DNA of 64,000 nucleotides, taken from assembly GCF_022045235.1 (NCBI RefSeq), contig NW_027266277.1, positions 12,338,001 to 12,402,000 on the forward strand. The letters are read 5' to 3'. Origin of the DNA: Haliotis cracherodii. Lineage: Eukaryota. Made by a program: the position numbers and the translations under genes. The notes under the pieces were generated by a model. The model ran no database searches, was not told the DNA's origin, and saw only the letters and a program-made list of their open reading frames with translations. Shown here one piece after another: positions 1 to 10,429 of this stretch. Within the stretch, counting starts at the first letter, position 1. Each line of letters begins with the position of its first letter.

Positions 1-869
1 CAGGTTTTATAAGAGTTTGAATGCCAAAGACAATCAAGTCTTTGATCAGCATTTAGAAGTTGATGGAACATGAAGACAAAACATTTTTTAAGGGTAACAA
101 CTTCTTTATTCTTTGTAACAATGTTTCAGGGCTACTTCTTGCCCCTTGGCCACATAGTGTTTTGCTTTCCCTCAAAGTATTAATTAAGAATAACTTAATG
201 TTAGGATACAAAAGTACAAATGCTATTGTGTTGTATTTTTCATAGTATATACTCATTTGTTATTTGCATTTTTGGGGTATTCCTGTCTTAATAAGTCATT
301 ATAATGTCATGGGTTTGTTATTTAGACTAGTCCATAGGAAAGTAACTTCTGTTTGAGTTGGATGTTTCTCATCCATTTCATTATTAGAATTAGAGCCAAA
401 GAAATTAACATTTATGTTTAACCTTGAATTATAAAATATTCTGATTTTGTTTCGATTTTTATCAACTTGGAATGTCCACTGATAATTTGGTGAAAGAAGA
501 CTGCCTATTGATTTGAGTTTGTTATCTTCATGTCATACTAAAAACAATTTCCTTGTCTAAACATTAGCAATAAAACACTGTAATGTAAAGCATTCCACTG
601 ACAGTGCATGGGAACTAGTATTATGTGTTTTAAGCAAGGGCATATCGTAGTTTTAAAAGCATTTTAAGATGGAGAAACAATATTTCAGTTTTATTTCAAA
701 CAAGTGGCCAAACTATCACTTGTGCCCCTACATAGATCAAAATATTATAATTTCACAACAAACAAAGATTTTATTGTTTTCATGCACTGTTATAAAAAGC
801 AAATGTGATATTTATATTCTAATTTGATAGAAGCAAGAAAATGACAGATTATTTGTTTGTTCAATATAT

Positions 870-1245
870 TTTGATTGAAAGCGATGGCTTTGCAGATAAA
901 ATATGTTTTCTCTTTGGGTTAGAAAGGGAGAATAATGTGAATAAAATAAGATAAAATAGACAACATGTATCTCACATGGTGTGTATCTCCTTAGATTTGG
1001 CTGATTTATTTTCATCAATGGTGCTGATCTGGCAAGTAAAATAAGTTTTGTCGTTGGTCCAGAAAAAGACAATAATCCTCATAAAAGATATAACAGACAT
1101 TTATCTCAGACGGTGTATATCTCCTCTGTTTCAGCCGCTTTGATCAAAAGTACTGATCTGGCAGGTAAAATTAAGTTTTGTCTCTGGTTCAGAAAGGAAA
1201 TAATCCTCAAATAAGATAAAACAGACAACAATTATGGTGTTTTTA
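870..1245. repeat. Degenerate tandem repeat, ~130-bp unit, ~2.5-3 copies
   Basis: CTGATCTGGCA at 1024 and 1153; AATAATCCTC and AAGATA(A/T)AA..GACA recur at the same spacing. Confidence 0.75.
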
Positions 1246-3085
1246 TTTCTAGGGGGGTAATACAGCAGTTCAATAGTAATTCAGTTTCATTAAAAAACAA
1301 CAAATAATATATTTTCAGTTAAAGGGGGCAAACAAATGGCTGTCTTGAGTGGCCCAATCATATCATAATTTCTTTGAGCTAAGATCATAGTGAGCTAATT
1401 TTATCTGGGGATTACCAAATTATGCAATAAACTGGTTCACTCAACAGCTTGCACAGAGGACAAAATCAGAGGACGGAGAGGTATTTTTACCAACTTGCCA
1501 TGCAAAGATCTAATCTATTTTCTAACCAAGTGCATATAGAGACCGAAATTGATTGTCTCTATACAGATGTCAATCCCCACAAAGACTACTTTGATCAATA
1601 TCGGATTAAGCACAAGGGTGTCAGATGAGATTGAGAAACTATGCTAGACACTTTCACTCATATATTCACTAGATCTCCTGCAGTGTTAGCCACAGCCATA
1701 AAAAATCTGAGATCATTTTAACATGCTATTCATCACACATAAGGCTTTAAAACAGGTTGTTTTTCCCCATTATGGCTTTCAAAATTAGGGTTAATAAAAC
1801 AGTAAATGGTTTTTGGAGGTGATGCTTCTGTTTAAAATTTGGCTGAAATTCATGGGAAATTTATTATTTTTTAATGGAAAAAGAAAGTTAACAAACTGTT
1901 TCATTTGAGACACTAATATGGGCAGGGTTTTTTGAAAAACTTTTAAGTTTAAGTACTGTTGGGGTTTCATACTGTCATCACTTCAATATTTCATTTTTTT
2001 AAAACTTCTTTAAATTGTATTAATGGATAATATATCAAATACTATGAGATCAGAAAAAATATAAATTCCTGATATTTTTATTTTATTTTAATTGCAATGA
2101 GTTTTTCCTAACAAGTATGAATATATTTTCAGATTCTGTATCAAAAGCAGTATATTCTTCTAAGCTTTGGTTCCATGTTCTGGCTTATGTTTTACAGAAA
2201 AAGTATAAAATAACAATTTAATCAGTTTTTTCACTTTGTAATATTTCTAAAATGATATGAACCAGATTGCATCGATTTCAGTTCTGTTCATTAAAACGAA
2301 ATATTCAAATCTCCTTACGCCATTCCCTTCAAAGCCCTCACTAATACATGTAACAATGCTAATCAGCTAAATCAAACAATATTTATTGCTTTTGTAAAAC
2401 ACTTCATTTAATGAAAAAAAATCACATCTCAGTAACCTGTTGATCCTTTTTGTGTCAGTGTAGCCAACTTTCAAGCAGCTAAATATTTATCCTATAAAAT
2501 AATTGATTTAACCATTTAATGTTATCAATTATTTCCCACCCAAACACATCCCCTATAACAGCAGTGATGCTGTTTCAACAATGACCTGACAACCGACCTG
2601 AACCAACCTCAGGGCATTTAACACTTAATTAATCACTTATTAATTACTGATGCATTCATTAATGACATGCCTAAGGGGCTTTGAATGGGAGACATTTAAT
2701 AGCACTTGGAGCCGATTTTCACCATAAATCTCAAGCACTGATTTCTCAGGATTCTACACCATTGAATAATTAAGCCTTTAACTTAATCATACCCCAAACC
2801 CATTGCATACTTAAGTCATATGCATATACAATTAAACGTTGCTCAATTCAGTCAATAATTCCATATTCATTAAAAAGATATCAGGTTGTAATTAATTTAG
2901 AAAATGTAGTCCTATGTACGAAGAGTAGGTGTACCTCCATATTTTATGATTTGATCAATATATGCATGCTTGGATACCTGTTTCGTGTGATGACTTGACA
3001 TGTGGAAGTTTTTGACTGCCTACTTCAAATTTTTATTGCGTCTAATGGCAGTCATCAATAATAATGAAGCGGTGAAGATCCATAC

Positions 3086-3133
3086 CTAACCGGTAACTTA
3101 TCACCTTGGTGACGTTACGAGTAAACCTTGGAA
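3086..3133 (-). CDS. Candidate 48-nt symmetric (phase 1-1) cassette exon (xPRFTRNVTKVISYRL)
   Basis: ATTTCAG acceptor and G|GTATGG donor; only the phase-1 frame is open, compatible with both upstream exons; weak pyrimidine tract. Confidence 0.25.
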
Positions 3134-3604
3134 CTGAAATTGTCGTCTTGCCGTATCATAAAGTACCACACCTCAAGTCAACGAGGCACATTGTTTGAAC
3201 AGTTCCTTTCAGATTCAAGTCCATATGTCACCATTATTGTCCCAACGATGAACGGGATTCTTTCAAATTGATAACGCAGCGCGTGCGCACGTGCTGTCAT
3301 TTTCACGAGCTTGGTAATCCCGTGCCCCTTCGTCTTACACATCGACCTGTCGTCGGTGCAAGACCCAGTTTAGCATATGTGGCTTTGAGAGCATAATAGT
3401 TGCTTGTACACGCGACTTGGGGTGGAGAATAAAACGGTATTGTTCCGAAACGACCTCCGCCGAAAACGTGCATCTGGCCATCTCAATAAAACATTACAAG
3501 AAATCCTACTTCTTTGAACATACTTGTCAGTTATGAATATCCACAATCTAATTATTGTGAAATGCGCTGCGGGAATTCGTGCCGACCGCTCCTGAGACTC
3601 TCAC

Positions 3605-3638
3605 CGACCCTCCTGTCAAAATCAGGCACCGATTCCAT
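3605..3638 (-). CDS. Candidate alternative first coding exon (MESVPDFDRRV), phase 1
   Basis: GGGATGG start context, 34 nt to a G|GTGAGA donor; same phase as the 37-nt exon. No recognised homology. Confidence 0.3.
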
Positions 3639-3945
3639 CCCTTTGCCGCTTGTGTCAACAAATAAACACCGCGTTGATTAACTGATAATTACACCGCGTT
3701 TCAATACATACATATATATTTAGACTGATCACATGTAAACACAGCGCATTGACCATGACACGATGTTCGGATGATAGAATTCATAACGACACACCAGGCG
3801 CTCGCTCTACAGTCTGGAACTTGGATGGAAACATATTTGAATGTCAGGCGACTGTCGCAGAATTCCCCTCAAAGTAAAGACATGTATATAAACATCCCAA
3901 CGAGGGGAAAGTTGGATGGCGTTATCTATCGGCAAATTAACTTAC

Positions 3946-3982
3946 CGTTGGGGAGTTTCCTAGCTTTGGATTTCGATCTCAT
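3946..3982 (-). CDS. PRDM16: First coding exon of a Prdm3/16 (MECOM/MDS1-EVI1, PRDM16, hamlet-like) PR-domain zinc-finger transcription factor; rest of gene lies beyond the left edge
   Basis: Minus strand reads ATG AGA TCG AAA TCC AAA GCT AGG AAA CTC CCC AAC G|GTAAGT = MRSKSKARKLPN plus a perfect donor. Matches recalled N-termini of PRDM16 (MRSKARARKLAK) and MECOM (MRSKGRARKLAT), whose first coding exon I recall is also 37 nt, phase 1. No downstream domain exon is visible in the window. Confidence 0.85.
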
Positions 3983-4009
3983 GTCTTGTTGCGTTGATCG
4001 AATGTTGTT

Positions 4010-4090
4010 CAGAAGTGATAAGCATTAGATTGACAGAACAAAAACACCACGGACAATTCTCCCGTAACACCTGGGCGCATGCGCATTGGC
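4010..4090 (-). promoter_or_regulatory. Core promoter of the Prdm3/16 gene (Inr-like, NRF1-type palindrome, CCAAT box)
   Basis: Inr-like TCACTTC (minus, ~4016) about 35 nt upstream of the ATG; GCGCATGCGCA at 4075-4085; CCAAT (plus ATTGG) at 4085-4089; inside a CpG-rich block. Confidence 0.6.
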
Positions 4091-5673
4091 TTAAGACACC
4101 ACATTGACTCTTCTAAAAAACTTTTAAAAGAAATTAAGCGTTGAGTGGATGGGATAGAGGCGATTGTTGGGTCGCGTGTGCCTCCCCCGATCTCCCCCTC
4201 CTAGCTGCACGAGACAAAGGAGGGGTCTGGTTTTGAGAGCTGACAGGAACGCGAGGGGGTTTGATATGAAAGATGGGGCGATATTGGTAGACGTAAGGCT
4301 GGTATGGCGACACTTTATTCTTTCATTTGAGTCTATAAACTGATCATGATGGTGTATTGTCTGGCTGTTAGAAAGCGATATCTGTGTTGTTTACCACGCT
4401 TTAGTCGCTCCAAGACGAGCTCGAAGTGTTTTATGTCTTCAACTAGGGACTGAGCTCGACGCTTTGTAAACAGCACGAGAACGGGACGACAGCTCGCCCA
4501 GTCGTGCAACCACCTGCTAATGGAAACAAAAGGCACAAAATTCGATCAGAAATTCTTTCGCGTTTTCCGTGTAAATAAACTTGTCTGCTAAATATTTGGC
4601 GACACCTTCTAGTCCATTGACTTTATAAACTTAAATTGTTAGCATTGAGTTAGAGCTCTACCGCTCGCTGCTGAAGAGACGGGAACTTGTCGTCTGCTCG
4701 CGGCCGCTTTCAAAATTAATTAGCGCGTTAAAGAGAATATAATGAGTTTCCGATAGTCTTTGTGAAACGGGTTCTCTATATTGCTGGGCTAGTCGATCTC
4801 TGAATAATCGCGAGGCTTCTGCGGGTGCCTACCTTGCCTAAAACGAGTTTCTTAGGGGAGGGAAAACGTCCCGGTGATGCTAGAGCACCAGTCGAAATGT
4901 CATCTCCCCTTTTACACAACGCGTAATGTCACTCTCTGATTTTGATGAATTTTTAATGATTATTTGAAATTCTAAAGATCTTATCTTTGATTGGAGACAG
5001 CGTTAAGAGGGTTGTTAAGAGCGGTTGCCTCTTTAAACAAGAATTAATTTCGAGTAGAGACCTCGCCATGTTTAAGCTATTGTTGCTAGACACACTGTTT
5101 GATTGAGGCAATAATTAGCCAATTGTGATAGCCATTTCTGAACATTATTTCAAAATATGTTAAGCAGTCACGGTGACTAGATTTTCGCTCTTTTTTCAGT
5201 TTAAATCGAATATGATCGCATTTCATGTAAGATTATGTACACTGTTGAATTTCAATTTAGACGTTAAATGTCTCTGAATTATTTAATTTTGATGTTTATT
5301 AAAATATTACATGTACTTATCCTATGTTGCGTTAATAATTAAATGAGTAAAGTCCAACATACATGACGTATTCTTAATAAAACAATTCTGCATTTGAAAT
5401 AGTTATAGAATAATACATGCGCTCCGATTGTGTATCGGAGTGATTGTACATGCATCTGTTAAAAAGGGAATATGGTCTCAATGTGTAGACTTTGTAATTT
5501 GTGATTGTGTTAATTAACACACTGTCCCTGGTTAATGAGGGGAGTGTTCAACTGTTAGACACGACAAAGCGGGGTTTGAAGGGCTGGACGTAAACTTGCT
5601 TGATGCTGGGACGGTCAAGTTGCCAGATTACAGTACCCCCTTTTGACGTCCGCCATTACGGTGAGGGAGAGCC

Positions 5674-5698
5674 GGGGGGGGGGGGGGGGGGGGGGGGG
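5674..5698. repeat. Poly-G run (25 nt)
   Basis: Direct reading. Confidence 0.95.
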
Positions 5699-5804
5699 AT
5701 CTCTACCTCCCGTCAACATCAGTGACAACATTAACAAGGAACTACATCAACACCGTTATCCACGGTTGCCGTTGTAAGCCAACAGGTTTACACTGCACTA
5801 TGCG

Positions 5805-5808
<4 letters not shown>

Positions 5809-5866
<58 letters not shown>
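5809..5866. repeat. (CT)n microsatellite
   Basis: Direct reading. Confidence 0.95.
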
Positions 5867-5873
<7 letters not shown>

Positions 5874-7319
5874 TAGATCATAAGGTATTTTTAACATTTT
5901 TAATAAACATATGTTTATATTATCAGCGTGTGGAAAACAGATTTTTACTTAATGGAGCGCGTGATTGGCTTTTTACATATTAATTAAAGAAAGTAAATAA
6001 TTCAATCGCTATTAGTTATCAGTCATCAAAACAAACTGAATTAATCGGTTATAATAAGCATCAGCGCTTTCTCTCGATAATCGCCGGGGATGGTATGAAA
6101 CAGTGATTAGGCTACGATTATTAAGATACAAATATCCTCGCTTAGACGTATAAACCAGATAACCTCCACAAGCCTTCGACTACCGATTTAACCAGATAAT
6201 CCATCTGCCCTTTGTTGCCATTTCACAGCGCGTCATAATGCGCTGCGAGAGGTGGGCTGGAGGCTGTTATATAACAAGCTTACCTATCTTGTAACGAACT
6301 GTAGGTACTACCCACACGCCAGGTCCAACACACAGCCTAACGTTATCGCAAAGCCCGTGTTTACCGGTCAGTAACGCTATTAGAACACGACACACTATGA
6401 AGTGTTTATCTTCAACGAAGTATTTACCCTGGTGATTGCTAATGATAGTGTCTCGTCACATGTTACAATAAACAAGATAAACAAAACATGTTTAGTTTTC
6501 AAAATACATTTAGCAAACTGTTTCCGTGAAAACAATCTCAAAATAACAACGAAATAGGAATTAAAAATTACATATTTGACATATTTTATGTCATATTCGA
6601 CATTTAAACACAGAACACACGAGTACTCTTATTATAGTTGTTTGCAAAAAATATGACATGGAGTGTGAATCAAGTACGCCCTGTAACGAGAAAAAATGGA
6701 CTGTTTTGTCTTTGCGCCGCCATTATTGAAAGAATCAATCACATTGAACGTTGCATCATTACGTCCGTAACAACGTTTTTCATTGGTCGGTTTTGATTTC
6801 TTCAAGTTGCAGGTGCCCAAACATAATTTACATAGAAAGTCAATTTGATGCGTACCCCAACAACGGCCACGTGTATGTTCAATGTGAAGTAGCTCGTTCT
6901 TGTCATGGCGGCCGGATACTCGACAGGTGCCCGAAAACCTCCTCGGTTGTAAAGAGATGCTTCAAGAATCCCATATAGTTAAACTACTTGGCTGACTTGT
7001 GGAAAAGACTGTGAATCCTTTTTATACATTATGGTACGCCGCGTTAAAAAATATGCCAGTGTGAAAGATGTGTTAACAATCTACGCACCATTTCACTCCT
7101 ATCAGATGCTGCAAGAATTTCGTATGGTCATAAAGTCACAGTATTCATCGCGACTTTGGATTTTCCGAAGGAATATCGCGGCATGCACCTAGTTATAACA
7201 TTATAAGTAAAATAAAAGTTTTTATAATTATATTAGAGACAGCACTTTGTGTAATGTCATCAACATAGAGATACTACCATTAACAACAAGAAGCGAATCA
7301 CCATAGCTATACAATTATA

Positions 7320-7490
7320 GTGAGTGAGTGAGTGAGTCTGGTTTTACGCCGCTTTTAGCAATATTCCAGCGATATCACAGCGGGGGTCACAAGAAATGGG
7401 CTTCACACATTGTACCCATGTCGGGAATCGAACCCGGGTCTTCGGCGTGACGAGCGAACGCTTTAACCACTCGGCTACCCGACCGCCCCC
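7320..7490 (-). mobile_element. tRNA-derived SINE family A, full length
   Basis: A box (TAGCCGAGTGG), B box (GGTTCGATTCC), (CACT)n tail; TSD TATACAATTATA at 7308-7319 and 7491-7502. Confidence 0.92.
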
Positions 7491-7578
7491 TATACAATTA
7501 TAATTATAAACATTGCGACATAATAGTCGCATGAAGTAAGAAAATATGTCAGTTCTAGCACGTTGGATTCGAACCTAA

Positions 7579-7836
7579 GGGGGCAGGGTGGCCCAGTCGT
7601 CTAAGGCGCCGCGATTCGCTGTGCAGAGTTGCGTCACTTGGGCACCAGAAACCCATGATTGTGGGTTCCAATCCCGGTTCGCCTCGATAATGTTTCTAGG
7701 TTCGTCATCACCATACCCGTGCTCATGGATTTGACCGAAGTGGTAAACGTCGGAGACCTGCATCACTTCGCTGACACGCAGCGATATAACTGGAATATTG
7801 TTAAAAGCGGCGTTAAACCCAACTCACTCACTCACT
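7579..7836 (+). mobile_element. tRNA-Leu-like SINE family D
   Basis: Head GGTGGCCCAGTCGTCTAAGGCGC...GTGGGTTCCAATCCC, (CACT)n tail; TSD TCGAACCTAA(GGGG) at 7569 and 7836. Confidence 0.9.
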
Positions 7837-8133
7837 CGAACCTAAGGGGCGCAATTCTGCATAGAAATACATAATGGCGCTGGTTTTACTGTTTTACGCT
7901 TTGCTTCAAGAGGAATATCCCACGGTGAATTACTTATTATTTGCCTCGAGTAAATTAATTTTGAATGTTCCGCGCCTAACGTTTATTGAGGAGGGACAGC
8001 CATTCTTTAATTGGGAGTAGGTTAGTCTATATATTACCCATAATTCTGAAAAATTAGCAGTTTGTATTTTGAGATAGTTTTGATATAGATGAATCACTCG
8101 ATCGAAGGATCTCCACGAAATTGTTACCTTGGA

Positions 8134-8372
8134 TTTGTTTGTTGTTTACCGCCGCACTCACCAATATTCAAGCTATGTGACCGTGGTCTGTAAATAATCG
8201 AGTCTGGACCAGACAATCCAGTGAGTGATATCATGAGCATCGATCTACGCAATTGGGATACGATGACGTGCATCAATCAAGTCAGCGAGACTGACCACCC
8301 GATCCCGTTAGTCGCCTCTATTATGTGAAGCAGGGTTGCTGAAAAACAATTCTGATCTGGAATCTTCACGGG
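8134..8372 (-). mobile_element. Short retroposon family B (no tRNA head)
   Basis: Matches ~18 other copies; TSD TGTTACCTTGGA at 8122-8133 and 8375-8386. Confidence 0.9.
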
Positions 8373-8441
8373 ACTGTTACCTTGGAAACATTTATAATCT
8401 ACAGTACGACACAACACTAAAACAAGAAAAACTCTGCTACC

Positions 8442-9223
8442 TGAGTGAATGAATTGGGTTTTGTGCTGCTTTTCACGGCTTGTAAGTCATGCCATTGCCC
8501 ATGTGTTTAATGCAACCTCATTAAAATCATATCTTAGTTCTCGCTACCGCTAAACAAAGATCTGAGGACATCCCATTAGGGGGTCATGTCAGAACGACCT
8601 TTCATCCGACCAATCAGAGCGTCGCTTACCAGATCACGAAAGTGACAGTTGGAATGTGATTTCCAATCATGCAGCCTCGAAAACGTTAAAACGGGGTATT
8701 CCGAACGATAGTTATGGGCTTAACGACTGAATCTATACAATCTAGACCATATATTAGCCATTCTAGAACGTTCTTTTGTTCAGGTTTCAAATTTTTAAGC
8801 GATGATTTGTCAAAATATGTTTCGAAGCGTAGTCGCCAATTTGAAATTAGTGCCGTAAAGCACGAGAAAGCTGCCTCCTGATTAGCTAATGTCGACTTCT
8901 TGTCAGTAATCCCATTGGTCGGTCAGAGTTTGCGAAAGGTCGGTCTGACGTGACCCGTAATGGGATGTCCACAGATCTTTGTTTAGCGGCAGCGAGAAGA
9001 TCTGATTTTAATGAGATTGGAGTTTAATGTGAACGGAAGCCCAAAGTTATTCAGGTGGTAGCAACCACTGTGGTGAAACCCAAGAGCACGGTTTTGAGCA
9101 AAGGTCATTTTCGGGGCGAATCTGGGATTCGAACTTACGACGAGCGGATTCAAACACGACGAAGGGGCACAACTCTATGCAATGAATTGCTTTATCCGAG
9201 ACCAATAGATCACGTGTTTCCCC
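8442..9223 (-). mobile_element. Old diverged family D-like SINE split by a MITE
   Basis: Tail at 8442-8512; body resumes after 9021 (GGAAGCCC, GTGAAACCC.AGAGCACGG, CGGGGCGAA..GGGATTCGAAC). Confidence 0.6.
8513..9020. mobile_element. MITE / non-autonomous DNA transposon with ~90-bp TIRs
   Basis: CAACCTCATTAAAATCA...CGCTAAACAAAGATCTG.GGACATCCCATTA is inverted at 8935-9019; flanked by GTTTAATG at 8505-8512 and 9022-9029 (8-9 bp TSD). Confidence 0.88.
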
Positions 9224-10429
9224 TCGTCAGCAGTTAACCACAACACAATGATTTTCTTGCCTTTATTTCTCCAAGAGCATTGTGTAGGTTATGTTTGATC
9301 CAATAAAAGAGAAAATGCACAAAAATATTTTTTAAAAATCCTAAATTAACTTTTTCAAGTCGTAAGGAGAACGTATAACAATTCTTGTCTACATTCTCTT
9401 TGTAAGCTATTGATAACACAAATCCAAGTATTTACTGAAAATTGAGACCGGTCATGTGATATTCTTGTGGCGGTCTTAATTGTCTGTGTGTCTTGTAGAA
9501 ATATTCTTCCCACTCCCGATTCCTTACAACACTGTCCTTATAAACAGCAGGCAAACCACATCAAGCTCAATCACGTCCAACATATCACAATCAAATCTGC
9601 TTGGTACATGTCAGTCACAAAGCATTCAGAAGAAATCAATCCACTCCATCAATCTGTCAATCAAATAATCAGGCCCATGAATGGTTAACCAAAAAAGACG
9701 GAATAGGCTGTCTGAAACGAACAACGGAGTGATATCCATCACCTTGACTGCCTACTGCCCATTGGACTGGCATGACACCAATAGGCACCAATAGTAAAGC
9801 TTCGATCGATACCATTCCTCAGTAATGTTGCGAGAGGAGGTTCCACAAAAATCCACCAAGTGTCTATCGATGTCGCTCTCACATGTATTTCTCTACATAC
9901 ATCTACACAATGTGCACTTGGTATCCCATAATGCCTCATTGACAACTCCGGATCCTTATTTTCATAATATGATTGCAGAGACTAATTTAGAATCCATAGC
10001 CGATTAGGACGATTGTAGTGGCGAATTAGTTAATGCTATACTTGTGCATCAGTATGGAAATTATTACCACCCGTGGAAGACATTTGAAACGAGCCTGAAA
10101 ATTAACAGACATGGCTATTTAGCTCTATTTTTCGAGTTCGAATAAAAACATTTTGTATTATAAAGTGCCTGGAATATTTCCTCTTGTTTACTGCTGAGAG
10201 TGCGAGGGAGCGCCACGTCATAGTACTCCACAAGAATTATTCTGTGTACGTATATATCACATTTGTGTTCACATAACACGTTTGTTTTTGTGCAGGACTG
10301 TAGCGCCGAAAGGCTGCCTACGTATCAAGTAAGGATAAGAATCATTGCCTACCTATCGGTGGTTTGCACTAATTTTAATTTAAAAATTACAACGGTGTGC
10401 AGTTTAGTGGTCCATATTCAAACTAAACA

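Larger units (their letters stand above)
3050..6400. promoter_or_regulatory. CpG-rich, interspersed-repeat-free proximal regulatory region
   Basis: Abrupt rise in CpG frequency relative to 1-2950; no SINE copy; many TAAT/TAATTA motifs; contains G25 and (CT)n tracts. Confidence 0.55.

Noticed and set aside
3771-4028. 85-aa plus-strand ORF over the promoter
   Set aside because: No recognisable homology; overlaps the better supported minus-strand Prdm3/16 exon.
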